From: an uncultured bacterium
Lineage (GTDB): Bacteria; Chloroflexota; Dormibacteria; Aeolococcales; Aeolococcaceae
NCBI GenBank assembly: GCA_963716555.1
Contig: CAVQTJ010000004.1
Span: forward strand, 46,860 to 110,859
Reading direction: 5' to 3'
Length of the DNA stretch: 64,000 nt
Shown one piece after another: positions 9,872 to 19,560 of the stretch. The position numbers were made by a program, and so were the translations under genes. The notes under the pieces were generated by a model, which saw only the letters and a list, made by a program, of their open reading frames with translations, did not search any database and was not told the DNA's origin. Every line of letters begins with the position of its first letter. The first letter of the stretch is position 1.

Positions 9872-10493
9872 CTACTCGTCATCCGCACCAAACGGTTGCA
9901 CTTTAAAGACTGAGGCCGCGACGAAGGGTGCCACGCCCAGCGCCCGCAGGCCCCATCCTGGTGCGTTTGGGGGCTGGGCGGAGACTTGAGGCGGGAGGCG
10001 CGGTGACAGCGCTCAACTCACTGGGGCGCGACCTAGAAAGGCCATCCTGATCGGTACGATTGGCCCTTCATGCTGGCGGTGCTCGTCGCAACGCTCGTGC
10101 TCCTCGCCGCTGGGGCCGCCTACGGGTGGTGGGTATGGCGCGTCCCAGCGCCGCAATGGCGAGAGGTGGGATTCATGGCCTGGTGCTGATCGGAGCTTCT
10201 TTGGCCGCCCTCGCCACCATCACCGGCTGGCCGGTCTGATCCCTCCCGTCGGGGGCCGTCATGAGAGCAACCCTGGATCATCAGCGCCACCCGGGCGATG
10301 CGCGGCTATGTAGGTCGGCGGCGGGGGTGGGGTTTGGTGCCCACCCGGGCGATCGAGCCCTCCGATCGCCCAGGCGAGCACCAGCACACCGAGAACGGCA
10401 TAAGCCATGGCCTCCCACGGCTGGGGAAACCAGGCTGCCGGGCCGTCCAGCCCACGTACGGTAGCTCGCGGACCGTGGCAGACTTCCCACGAC

Positions 10494-11231
10494 ATGCGGG
10501 GCCGTTCCCCCGACGCCTACGAGCGCTTCTCAGCGGCAGTTGACCTGCCGATGATGGTACTGGCCCTCGTCTGGCTGCCGGTGCTCGTCGTTCCCTTCGT
10601 TATCAGGCTATCGCCCGGCCTGACCGTCACCTTCGAGGACGTCGACTACGCGGTGTGGGCGGCCTTCGTAGTCGAGTACCTTGTGAAGTTGTGGCTCGCG
10701 CCAGCCCGAAGGAGGTTTTTCACCCACCACCTAGTCGACTTAGCTGTCATCGCCTTGCCGATGCTTCGACCGCTGCGGGCGGCCCGACTCCTCCGAGTCC
10801 TGGATCTGGGTCGGGTTGGAGTTGTGCTAGTCAATGCTCTGCGACGAGCCAGGGACGTATTCACTCATCGCGGGCTCCACTTCGTGCTTCTCGCTGTCGG
10901 GCTGGTCGTGTTTGCCTGCGCGGGTCTTGTCCTTTCGTTCGAGGACAACGCCCCGGGCTCGAACATTGCCAACTTCGGCGATGCCCTCTGGTGGGCAATA
11001 GTCACCGTCACTACGGTCGGTTATGGGGATCGTTTCCCGGTAACGGCGGGTGGTCGAGGTGTTGCCGTCGTCCTCATGCTGGTGGGGATCGGCCTCATCG
11101 GAGTGCTGACGGCGACAGTGGCCTCTTACTTCGTCCAGCAGAAGGCGGACGAGGGCAACGCCGATCTGGTCGAAGAACTCGATCGATTGGAGACGATGCT
11201 CGCCAAGCTGATCAAAACCGAGGACGATTGA
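10494..11231 (+). CDS. Potassium channel (Ion_trans family) with an Arg-rich S4-like helix
   Basis: Selectivity filter TVTTVGYGD. The segment RAARLLRVLDLGRVGVVLVNALRR is S4-like. The start was moved to the ATG at 10494 (MRGRSPDAYERF). Confidence 0.8.
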   Translation: MRGRSPDAYERFSAAVDLPMMVLALVWLPVLVVPFVIRLSPGLTVTFEDVDYAVWAAFVVEYLVKLWLAPARRRFFTHHLVDLAVIALPMLRPLRAARLLRVLDLGRVGVVLVNALRRARDVFTHRGLHFVLLAVGLVVFACAGLVLSFEDNAPGSNIANFGDALWWAIVTVTTVGYGDRFPVTAGGRGVAVVLMLVGIGLIGVLTATVASYFVQQKADEGNADLVEELDRLETMLAKLIKTEDD

Positions 11232-11286
11232 CCGCAGCCTCGATTCGTCGGGGATGAGGCGATGGACGGCCCCGGGCGGGGCGAGA

Positions 11287-11808
11287 TCATTGGTAGAGCG
11301 GCCGCATCTCTCCGTCGTGAGAGGAGCAAGCGCCGGATCGCCCGCCGGAGTGCGAGTATGTGCCATCGTTGCACTCATCGACGTATCCCTTGGTGGACTC
11401 CCAGAAGGATGGGATGCAGTCGAAGTAGTTGCAGAAGCTCGATGGTGGACTGTAGATATCCGCACCCCCGCAGAAATTGTAGCCCCAAGGATTAGATGGA
11501 GCCCCGCACAGGTCCTGCACTGCCTGGGTTGGTGGTGCCGGGGTCGCCGTTGAAGGTTTCGCCGTGCGCGTGGCAGCCGGGGTTGGTTTGGGCGTTGGTG
11601 TTGGGGTGGGTGTGGCAGCGGTCGCGGATGACGACGACGGGACCTGCGTTGTGGACGCCGCTTGCGTGGGTGTGGATGGGGAGCTACCGCAGGCAGCAAA
11701 CCCTACCGCCAACGCGAGGAGTCCAAAACACCTCAATCCAATCGACGGTATCTTGGGTCCAGTCACGACCGTCCTCCATGGCAGTTTGTGGAAGTTGACA
11801 CCCGGCAT
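11287..11808 (-). CDS. Lipoprotein with Thr/Pro linker and DUF3761-like Cys-rich C-terminal domain
   Basis: Lipobox GFAACG, a TPTPTPTPKPTP linker, and the C-terminus ECNDGTYSHSGGRSGACSSHDGE, which is typical of DUF3761. Confidence 0.6.
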   Translation of the reverse strand: MPGVNFHKLPWRTVVTGPKIPSIGLRCFGLLALAVGFAACGSSPSTPTQAASTTQVPSSSSATAATPTPTPTPKPTPAATRTAKPSTATPAPPTQAVQDLCGAPSNPWGYNFCGGADIYSPPSSFCNYFDCIPSFWESTKGYVDECNDGTYSHSGGRSGACSSHDGEMRPLYQ

Positions 11809-12284
11809 CGTGGCGAGCCACTCGTAATGGGGTCAGGATCAGCCGAGACTTCAGATAGTGTCACGAACAGGAGTTGGCGTCGGTCAGCTAGCGCACACGG
11901 CAGATTCCACCCATCGCGGTTGGGTCGTTCAAGCAGACCAGACCCACCTGAGATCCGCGAGGGATCGACGTTTCTAGTCCTCTGGCGCCCGGTGCCGCAC
12001 CCAGGCTCCCGCGGACACGGGGCGGTGGCTCCTGTGGCTCTCAGACCCTCCACGGGCACCTGACCGGCAGGTTTTGCCGCCGTTGCTGGCGGAGATCGCC
12101 GCCGTCGAGCGGGTTCGGCCCGTCAGCCCCCTGGGTGTCGCCTCCCCGGCGGGAGGCGTCCTACGTTCCCAGCGAGGATGAGGTGGACGCGCTGATCAAC
12201 TCCGTGGGCGGGGAGGCAACCTGTGACGCGGACCCCTGATCGCCGCTCCCGACGCCCGATGGTGAACGCTGCCGAGCTTCGCGG

Positions 12285-12821
12285 CTAGCTCGGCGTTGCG
12301 TTCACCAAGCCCAGCTCGCTGCTTAGACCGGCGTCCGCGGACGTGAAGGTGCTCTGAGCCGACAACACCGTCGTAAAGATGGAGTTGTAGTTGCTGACGT
12401 CATTGGTGTTCGCCGCGAGCGTTCCTAGGTCCGCTTCGAGAGCGGCATCAGCGTTGATCACGGCTTGTGCATCGGCCTGGTCGGCGGCAGGAAACGTAAT
12501 CGCGGATACGCTAGTGTCGAACGTCTGCCGTGTTGTAACCTCGTCGTTGATGGCGGCTGCCGATACCGTCGGGTCCGTGGAGTTCTGGTTTGGAATATCC
12601 TGGTTGACTGCCGCTATCATCGTGTTGAAGGCAGCGAGGTAAGCACTCGCCGCTGCGGCAGTTAGATCGGCGGCTGATGTTGTCGGCGGTGACGTGCTGG
12701 TCGATCCGCCGCCTTTCGCTCCCGTGCCGCCTCCGCACGCCGCCAGAGCCCCTACGGCCACCAGAGCGGCCAAAGACACCAGTACTCTTGGCCTCACCCA
12801 CAACCCCCCAAAGGTCCCCAA
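12285..12821 (-). CDS. Lipoprotein, function unknown
   Basis: Signal sequence with lipobox LAACGGG. Ala/Thr/Ser-rich mature part. Confidence 0.55.
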   Translation of the reverse strand: MGTFGGLWVRPRVLVSLAALVAVGALAACGGGTGAKGGGSTSTSPPTTSAADLTAAAASAYLAAFNTMIAAVNQDIPNQNSTDPTVSAAAINDEVTTRQTFDTSVSAITFPAADQADAQAVINADAALEADLGTLAANTNDVSNYNSIFTTVLSAQSTFTSADAGLSSELGLVNATPS

Positions 12822-12954
12822 ATCAGGACCAGTAGAGTATCACCGATCCGGCCAGTCCGCTCGTCGGCAGATTCCGATGCCCTCCACACGCCATTCTCCG
12901 GGATTGACAGGACGCAGGATTGATCGGGCTGCGGGTTGCCGGTTACCGTGAGCC

Positions 12955-12988
12955 CTAGTGCAGCGCGCCGGAAATAGCTTTCTGGTTG
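12955..12988. repeat. Left copy of the 34-bp inverted repeat
   Basis: Exact reverse complement of 14682-14715. Imperfect similarity to the right end continues to about 13020. Confidence 0.9.
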
Positions 12989-14712
12989 CTGTAGGCGCGC
13001 TGGGTCGGTGTCTTCACCCCGCATCAGGGTTACCATCGCCCCCGTGGCCGAGGGCGCCGTCATCCGTCCCGAGCGCGACGCGGACCATGCCGTGATCGCA
13101 GAGGTGGTCCGCGCGGCATTCGTCGAGCATCCCGACGAGGTCGCATCGTTCGTCGAGCGCATTCGGGCGTCGGAGCAGTTCATTCCGGAGCTGGCGTTGG
13201 TCGCCGAGGACTCCTCCGGTGTGATTGCTCACGTGATGTTGAGCTGGGTCGGCGTTGAAGGGGGGTGCCGTACAAGGATCCTCAATCTCACGCCGATGTC
13301 GGTTCGGCCTGACCGCCAGCGCATGGGTGTGGGGGCACGGCTGATCCGGGACGCGCTCGGCCGCGCCGAAGACGCAGGCGAGCCTGCCGTCATGGTCGAG
13401 GGCATTCCCGCGTACTATCCTCGCTTCGGCTTCGAGCAGGCGAGCGCGCTCGGCTTCATCGCCCCGCATCCGAAGATCCCCGACGACGCCTTCATGGTCA
13501 AGCGGCTCCCGGGATACCATCCTGACCTCGCCGGTCGGATCGTCTATCCAGCCGCGTTCGAGGCTCTCGGGTACCATGTTGTGCGCCACAAATAGCTTGT
13601 GTAATGGCTAGGGAGGGATGATGATGCAGGCATGGCACACCGTCCCGCTCCCGCCCTGCCCCTCGATGACGACAGCCGCGCCGCCCTGACCGCTTGGACC
13701 CGCGCGCGCACCCTTCCACAGCGTCAAGTCCTACGCGCCCGGATCGTGGTCCGGGCCGGCGATGGCACCCCCAACTCCACGATCGCCAAGGAACTCGATT
13801 GCTCGATGCCGACTGTCGTCTTGTGGCGGCGGCGGTTTCAGGAAGAGGGTGTGGCCGGCCTCGAACAGGATGCTCCGGGACGCGGGCGTCCGCGTATCCA
13901 TGACGATCGGATCGTGGCCCAGATCATCGGCGTCACCGTGGGTCGCCCAACCAAAGGGGAGACCCACTGGTCGAGCCAGGCGGTCGCGGACCGGGTCGGC
14001 GTGAGCAAGTCGACGGTGCTGCGCGTCTGGCGGGACCAAGGCCTCCAGCCCCATCGCACCCGTGGCTTCAAGTTCAGCACCGACCCGGAGCTAGAGGAAA
14101 AGGTGACCGACGTGGTGGGCCTCTACCTACATCCGCCCGAGAAGGCGGTGGTGCTCTGCGTCGACGAGAAGTCCGCAGATCCAAGCTCTGGATCGCACCC
14201 AGCCGCTCCTCCCGATGCGCCCCGGACAGGTGGAGAGGCGGACCCACGACTACGTCCGCCATGGCACCGCCACTCTCTTCGCCGCCCTCGACGTCGCGAC
14301 CGGAGAGGTCACCGGGAAGACCTATGTGCGGCATCGCCATCAGGAGTTCCTCAGGTTCCTCCAGCTCCTCACCGCCCGCTATCCCCGCCAGGAGCTGCAC
14401 CTGGTCCTCGACAACTACCGGACCCACAAGCACCCGGAGGTCCAGGCCTGGCTCGGCCAACACCCCCGCTTCCATCTCCACTTCACGCCGACCAGCGCGA
14501 GCTGGCTGAACCAGGTCGAGACGTGGTTTTCCATCGTGCACCGCAAGGCCATTCGTCGGGGGGTGTTCCGCAGCGTCCGCCACCTTACGGAAGCCATACA
14601 GCGTTTCCTGGACTCCTGGAACGCGCGCAAGCACCCCTTCATGTGGGTGAAGACGGCGACCCAGGTGCTCCGTGCCTACACCAACCAGAAAGCTATTTCC
14701 GGCGCGCTGCAC
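12958..14712 (+). mobile_element. IS630-type unit bounded by 34-bp perfect inverted repeats and TA dinucleotides, enclosing a GNAT gene and the transposase
   Basis: CTAGTGCAGCGCGCCGGAAATAGCTTTCTGGTTG at 12955-12988 is the exact reverse complement of 14682-14715. TA lies just outside each GTGCAG end. A weaker left-end-like copy sits at about 13581-13600. Confidence 0.7.
13008..13595 (+). CDS. GNAT-family N-acetyltransferase (YhbS-like)
   Basis: IRPERDADHAVIAEV, the acetyl-CoA motif RQRMGVGARLIRDAL, and GIPAYYPRFGF. The true start is probably internal because the first codons lie in the IS-end repeat. Confidence 0.75.
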   Translation: MSSPRIRVTIAPVAEGAVIRPERDADHAVIAEVVRAAFVEHPDEVASFVERIRASEQFIPELALVAEDSSGVIAHVMLSWVGVEGGCRTRILNLTPMSVRPDRQRMGVGARLIRDALGRAEDAGEPAVMVEGIPAYYPRFGFEQASALGFIAPHPKIPDDAFMVKRLPGYHPDLAGRIVYPAAFEALGYHVVRHK

Positions 14713-14715
14713 TAG
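13632..14715 (+). pseudogene. IS630-family transposase split over two frames (+1 shift near 14171-14176)
   Basis: ORF 13632.. gives the HTH N-terminus up to VLCVDEKS. The frame of ORF 14215..14715 continues QIQALDRTQPLLPMRPGQ..RTHDYVRHGT..DNYRTHK..WLNQVE (DDE). One extra base lies in AAGTCCGCAGATC. Confidence 0.8.
14682..14715. repeat. Right copy of the 34-bp inverted repeat (overlaps the transposase stop)
   Basis: Exact reverse complement of 12955-12988. Confidence 0.9.
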
Positions 14716-14749
14716 CGGTCCCACGGGTGGCCCCCAGAGGAGATGACCA

Positions 14750-15091
14750 ATGAACGACGACCGAAACATCATCTTGACCTCGCCTGAGTGGCCTTATCGC
14801 CGAAGCAGCGCCGATCCCAACCTGATGACGGTGACCGATGTCGGTTTGATGCTGGGCGTGAGCCGTCAGCGAGCCGATCAACTCACCCGGCAGGTGGGCT
14901 TCCCGGTGCCCTTCGCCGAGACGTCAGCCAGACGGGTGTGGTGGGACTTCGACGTGGTGTGGTGGGCCGAAGACCACGGGCGCAACTTCTGGACGATGAA
15001 GTTCAAGGCAGGCAACCGCTGGCTGACGCTCGGTGAAATGCTGGAGCGGGGGCCTCGGGCGACGACTGAGCCGGGAGGTTGTAGACGGTGA
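14750..15091 (+). CDS. HTH (excisionase/AlpA-like) DNA-binding protein
   Basis: LMTVTDVGLMLGVSRQRADQLTRQVGFPVP followed by a Trp-rich segment. This is typical of mobile-element HTH_17 proteins. Confidence 0.5.
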   Translation: MNDDRNIILTSPEWPYRRSSADPNLMTVTDVGLMLGVSRQRADQLTRQVGFPVPFAETSARRVWWDFDVVWWAEDHGRNFWTMKFKAGNRWLTLGEMLERGPRATTEPGGCRR

Positions 15092-15548
15092 GCGAACAGC
15101 CGTCCGGCAGGGGGTTCTGTGGGCGCGGGTAGTCCCCTCTAGTACGCAGGCGGGGGCGGGGGCGGCCACCCTGGCGAGGGCGGTGGCAGCGACCAGTACG
15201 TGGGTGGCCAGCTCGGAGGTGCGGTGGGACGGCGCCGGGTGACCGCGCGCAGCCCCATAGCCGTCCAAAAAAGCGAGAACTCGACCGCCTCCACGAGCAT
15301 CCCGGTTGGAGTCTTGGCCATGCCGGGACGAGATCACGACCAGAACGGGGATGGTTGTCGCAGCAAACAGCGCCCCCGTGACGAGCATTACAACTCCCCA
15401 GCCCCGTGCGGGTTCATCGGGTCGGGGAGCCCTGATCCAGTCGCCAATCACGACGCACAGGAGCACTGCAGCGTAGAGGATGGCGAAGATGAGATAGGAG
15501 CGGTCCGCATCGCCGCTCGGTCCAAGAGCCGAGGACACCTCGGTCATC

Positions 15549-17560
15549 TCCCTGCGCTCGCTGAGCGACGCGGCCAGCAGCCGGCTGCTGGCCAACCTGC
15601 CCGCGGGTCACTCGCTCGCTCCGGGCCAGCATCAGGACATCCTGCGTCGCGCCGAGGGCAACCCCTTCTTCCTCGAGCAGCTCGCCGCGCACCTCGCCGA
15701 GGGTGGTGCGTCGGCGCTGCCCGACACCCTGCACGCGTTGCTCGCCGCTCGCATCGACTCGCTTCCCGCCCCGGAGAAGCGGGCCCTGCAACTGGCCTCG
15801 GTGATCGGCAGGACCTTCTGGCTCGAGCCGCTGGGGCGCCTGGGGTGGGAGGGCGACGGGCGGGCCGCGGTGGACAATCTGGAGGGTCGCGGACTGGTGG
15901 TCGCCCGGCACAGCTCGAGCCTGCCCGGGCAATCGGAGTTCGCATTCAAGCACGCCTTGCTCCGCGATGTCGCGTACTTTTCGCTGCCCGCTCGCGTCCG
16001 GGCCCGCGCCCATGCCGACGTCGCCGCCTGGATCGAGGAGAGCACTCGAGATCGCGCCAGCGAGGTGGCGGAGCTGATCGCCTACCACTATGCGACCGCG
16101 GTGGACAGCGAGGACGCCGACATCGCCTGGATGGGCCGCGAGGAGACCCGCGAATGGCTGCGCGGCAAGGCTTTTCAGGCGCTGATCGCGGCGGGGATCT
16201 CGGCGCGGCGGCGCTACGCGATCACTCGGGCCGTGCAGCTGCACGAACGCGCGCTGCGACTTGCTGACGGGGACCGGGAGCGGGCGACTGCCCATGAGGC
16301 CATCGCCGACGACCATGACGTCGCCTATCACGGCGACGCCGCGGTCGAATCCTGGGACCAGGCCCTCGCCCTGCTCCGGCGCGACTCCGAGCAGGGCGCG
16401 CGCCGGGCCGCCATCTGCCTCAAGGCAGCGCGCATGGCGGTGCTGCGCTGGGGCGGGTTTCCGGTATCGGCGGATCCCAGTCTCGGCGACCGGGCGATCG
16501 ACGAGGGCCTCTCGGTCGCTGGGGACGCGGCCACCCGAGCGCAGTTCCTGGCGCTGCGCGCGCTGTGCGGGGCCCGCTGGGCGTGGTATGGCCGGCGCGA
16601 CCCCCGGCCCCCCAGGGAGCGGCGGGAGGCGGCCGACTTCATGGAGGGCCATTATGACGATGGAGTCCAGGCCGCCCTCGCCCACCTCGAGCTGATCGAG
16701 CCCAACGACGTTCGCGAGCTCGCCCTCGGACACATGATCGCCAGCGTCCTGGTCGGCGACGTCCGGGGCAGATACGAGGAGTCGCTCGGTCACGCCCTGA
16801 TCAGCCACCGGCTATCCCGTGGCCTTTCGGCACACGAGATCATGCACGCGACCTGCGAGGCGATGTCGCGGCTGACCCATCTGGGCCGGTGGCGGGAGGT
16901 CGATCCGTTCCTGGCCGAGCACCTCGACGCGCTCCAAGACCGAGAGCGGGAGATGAGCTGCCCGTACATCCGCTGCGGTCCCCTGTTCGGCGCCCTGGCC
17001 CTGGCCCACCGGCGCGACGTGGCCAGGGCTCGGCAGGCCGCCGCCGAGGTGCCGCCGAGCCTCGATCACCCGGGGCAGGCAGAGGCCATCCACGCCCAGC
17101 TGTGCATCGAGCTGGGCGAGGTTTCCACGGCTCGAGCCCTGCTCGCCCCGCTGCTGGCCATGGGTCGCGGCCCCGGCCCGGAGGAGATCCCCCGGAGTCG
17201 CTGGTCATGGTGGAGCTGCTCCGGGCCGAGGAGAGCTGGACCGAGCTGGCCGCCTACCTGCCCGTCGCTCGCGGCAAGAGCGGCTACCTGGCGCCGATGG
17301 CCGCGACCTGCGACCGCGCCGAGGCGGTGATGCTCCTGGCCGCGGGGAACGCCACCAAGGCGGCGAGCCTGCTGGGGCGGGCGGTCGAGGGATTCGAGCG
17401 CCTGAGCTTCCCCCTCCAGGTGGCCCGCAGCCGGGAGCTCCTCGCCCGCTGCGGGGGCTCCGAGCGCGATGGTCTCCTCGCCGCCGCGCGCCGCGGCTAC
17501 GCCCAGCACGGTGCCGTCCGCGACCTCCAACGGCTTGACGGCGCTCCCATAGCCCGGTGA
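15549..17560 (+). pseudogene. N-terminally truncated, frame-shifted large ATPase/TPR-type transcriptional regulator
   Basis: The frame opens only at 15498 and starts mid-domain (RAEGNPFFLEQL, LLAARIDSLP). There is no ATPase N-terminus. A frame switch near the C5 run at about 17185-17195 joins ORF 15738..17330 to ORF 16889..17560. Confidence 0.6.
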
Positions 17561-17666
17561 GCGCGCCGCCGACGCCCGGGACCTGGCCCGGCGGGTGAGT
17601 GCGATCCGCTTCGGGCGGCTGGTCGATTGTGACGCGTAGGCTCTCCGCAGCCGGGTTAGGACCCGA

Positions 17667-19304
17667 TCATGGGAAGGGCGGCGTCAGCGCGGGGGAAGCG
17701 TCCTGCGCCAGCATGAGCGCCTGCTGGGAGAACCAGGCCCCTGCAGCAGGGTCGGTGAACACCGACTGGGTCTGCAGGCTCCAGAGCGGGTCGAAGGTCT
17801 GGAAGGTCGGGTTCGAGGAGCTCGGCCAACCGGGTATGGGCGGGGTGGACGCGGCGTCATCCCAGGTGCGCACCCCGCCCGCGGCGTCACATTGACCGTC
17901 CGACTGCCCCGGCGTCTTGATCCAAAGGTAGGCGTCGAGCAGCGGCGGGTTGCCAGGCAGGTACGTGTCCAACGAGCTCAGCGCGACGCCGGTGTCAGCG
18001 GTCGGCGTGAGCCCGAGGCCCTCGTCGGTGGGGTTGCACCAGCCGCCGGCCACCAGGGTGCTGATGACGCCGCTCGGTTGATCGTAGGGCGCGCCAGCGT
18101 AGCTCTGCATGCTGTTGGGTCCGGTGCCGTTACGGCTGGTGTCGACGATGAAGTGGGTGGTCGGGACGGTGCCCGCCAGGTAGGTGGCGTAGCTATCGTC
18201 GATACCGGAGGTGTTAAGGTCCGCCTCCGCGAGGGTGGTAGTGTCACTCCAGACGCCGAACGGGCTCAGCACCACGCCGTTGTAAGGGCCGACCAGCGAG
18301 GCGATGTCGGTTCCCGGCGCGCCGCCGTTCCAATACTGGCTGGCGCAGCCGCCGGGCGGAGAGGTGGGAGGATAGGCGGGGCCGGCGAAGGCGCCCGTGG
18401 GAGTGGACGTTCCCGCGAAGGAGGCCACGTTGGCCAGCGCGTAGGCCGGGGTCTCACCCTCATTCACCGTCGCATAGGCGATGCACGCTGAGACCCAGGT
18501 GCCGAAGAAGTCACCGTTGACGTCGTATTGGTAGTTGGAGACGTTGAGGAAGAAGCCCTGGCTCTGCTGCACACCGGCGGCGACGAGGGTTTCGGCCATA
18601 CCGCCGACGTTCTGCCAATCGCTGTTCCCCCCATCGAGGTAGAGGCTGATGTTGGGGTCGTTTTCGAGCGTGGTGACCGCGAAGCGGATGTCGCCGATCC
18701 GCGTCGTGTTAGTGATGTTTGGGAACTCGGTCACGTAGGCCGAGCCACAGTATCCGGGAAGGTTGGCGAGAGCGTCCGGCTCCTCCAGCACGACCGCGTT
18801 GGCGTCGCCGAGAGCGTTGCCGATGGAGTCGATCCAGGCGTCGTATGCGGCGTCGGACGGCGCCCCACCCGCCGAGTACTCCGAGCAGTCACGGCCCGGA
18901 ATGTTGTAGGCGACGAAGATCGGCACCGCGTTCTCAAGGCGGGCCGCGAACATGGTCTGCCGGACCTGCTGAGCGACGTCGAAGTCCGCCTGCTCCCAGC
19001 CCAAGTTGCCGGGCTCGGCCGCCTGCGCCGGGGTCTCACCGTCGAGCCAGACCGCGGACGGTATCGACTCCATGGCGGCGATCAGCCCGGCGTTGTGGAA
19101 CTGACCACTCTTGATCAGCTGGAGGATCTGCTCGATCGAGCCCTGCGCCGGCGGAGGGACGTAGAAGCGCGTGTGGGCCGGCAGGCTGTGCCCGTCAGCT
19201 GTGGTGGGCGCGGCTGACACCGTGAGCACCGCCGTCCCCACGGCGCCCACGGCGATGGCAAACGACGCCGACAAGGTGATGCCGTGCGTGATCCGACGCC
19301 ACAT
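17667..19304 (-). CDS. Secreted glycoside hydrolase family 6 (cellulase)
   Basis: Signal peptide, then FVAYNIPGRDCSEYSAGG, VLEEPDALANL and IKTPGQSDGQCD...AGAWFSQQALML, as in GH6 catalytic domains. A large central insertion is present. Confidence 0.8.
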   Translation of the reverse strand: MWRRITHGITLSASFAIAVGAVGTAVLTVSAAPTTADGHSLPAHTRFYVPPPAQGSIEQILQLIKSGQFHNAGLIAAMESIPSAVWLDGETPAQAAEPGNLGWEQADFDVAQQVRQTMFAARLENAVPIFVAYNIPGRDCSEYSAGGAPSDAAYDAWIDSIGNALGDANAVVLEEPDALANLPGYCGSAYVTEFPNITNTTRIGDIRFAVTTLENDPNISLYLDGGNSDWQNVGGMAETLVAAGVQQSQGFFLNVSNYQYDVNGDFFGTWVSACIAYATVNEGETPAYALANVASFAGTSTPTGAFAGPAYPPTSPPGGCASQYWNGGAPGTDIASLVGPYNGVVLSPFGVWSDTTTLAEADLNTSGIDDSYATYLAGTVPTTHFIVDTSRNGTGPNSMQSYAGAPYDQPSGVISTLVAGGWCNPTDEGLGLTPTADTGVALSSLDTYLPGNPPLLDAYLWIKTPGQSDGQCDAAGGVRTWDDAASTPPIPGWPSSSNPTFQTFDPLWSLQTQSVFTDPAAGAWFSQQALMLAQDASPALTPPFP

Positions 19305-19416
19305 TCCCTTGCCTCCTCACTCTTCCGCCGGTCGTCTGACCTCACCACTCTGCCGTCCTCGGCTCCATCGCCGCTGGCAGTCTTCTTGGGGCCCCGGGGT
19401 AGCACACCTCGGCTTA

Positions 19417-19430
19417 GTTAACCGCTTACA
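19417..19430. promoter_or_regulatory. LacI-family operator-like imperfect palindrome upstream of the GH6 gene
   Basis: GTTAACCGCTTACA has a CG centre (TAAC-CG-CTTA) and lies in the only A/T-rich patch of the GH6/LacI intergenic region. Confidence 0.3.
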
Positions 19431-19560
19431 TGAGGGATCAAACGTAGCAGCCGGAGACAGTTGAGTCAAGGAGACGACGCCGTCGCGAGCGCGGCACTCC
19501 GGCTCGAGTGGCGGGTCACCCGCGGGGCGGGGTTCGGCGGGGGCGGCGTCTGGAGGTCCG

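Noticed and set aside
9440-9913. Plus-strand 157-aa ORF mirroring 9476..9871(-).
   Set aside because: Both strands are open and GC3 is similar. The minus strand was preferred because of co-orientation with the SHOCT gene and a more protein-like sequence. This is unresolved without homology data.
10070-10189. 39-codon TM-like ORF (MLAVLVATLVLLAAGAAYGWW..) and a 27-codon overlapping ORF in the island.
   Set aside because: There is no RBS, no coupling to neighbours and no conservation evidence. They are too short to call.
15414-16808. Very long ORFs antisense or out of frame to confident genes. Examples: 15414..16808(-), 26713..27924(-), 26790..28103(+), 30914..32575(-), 32508..33824(-), 38917..39894(-), 39872..41254(-), 41230..42726(-), 46041..47114(-), 48430..49644(-), 55429..56814(+).
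   Set aside because: They are Arg/Pro/Gly/His-rich mirror frames, as expected in very GC-rich DNA. Each fully overlaps a gene with clear family motifs on the other strand or frame.
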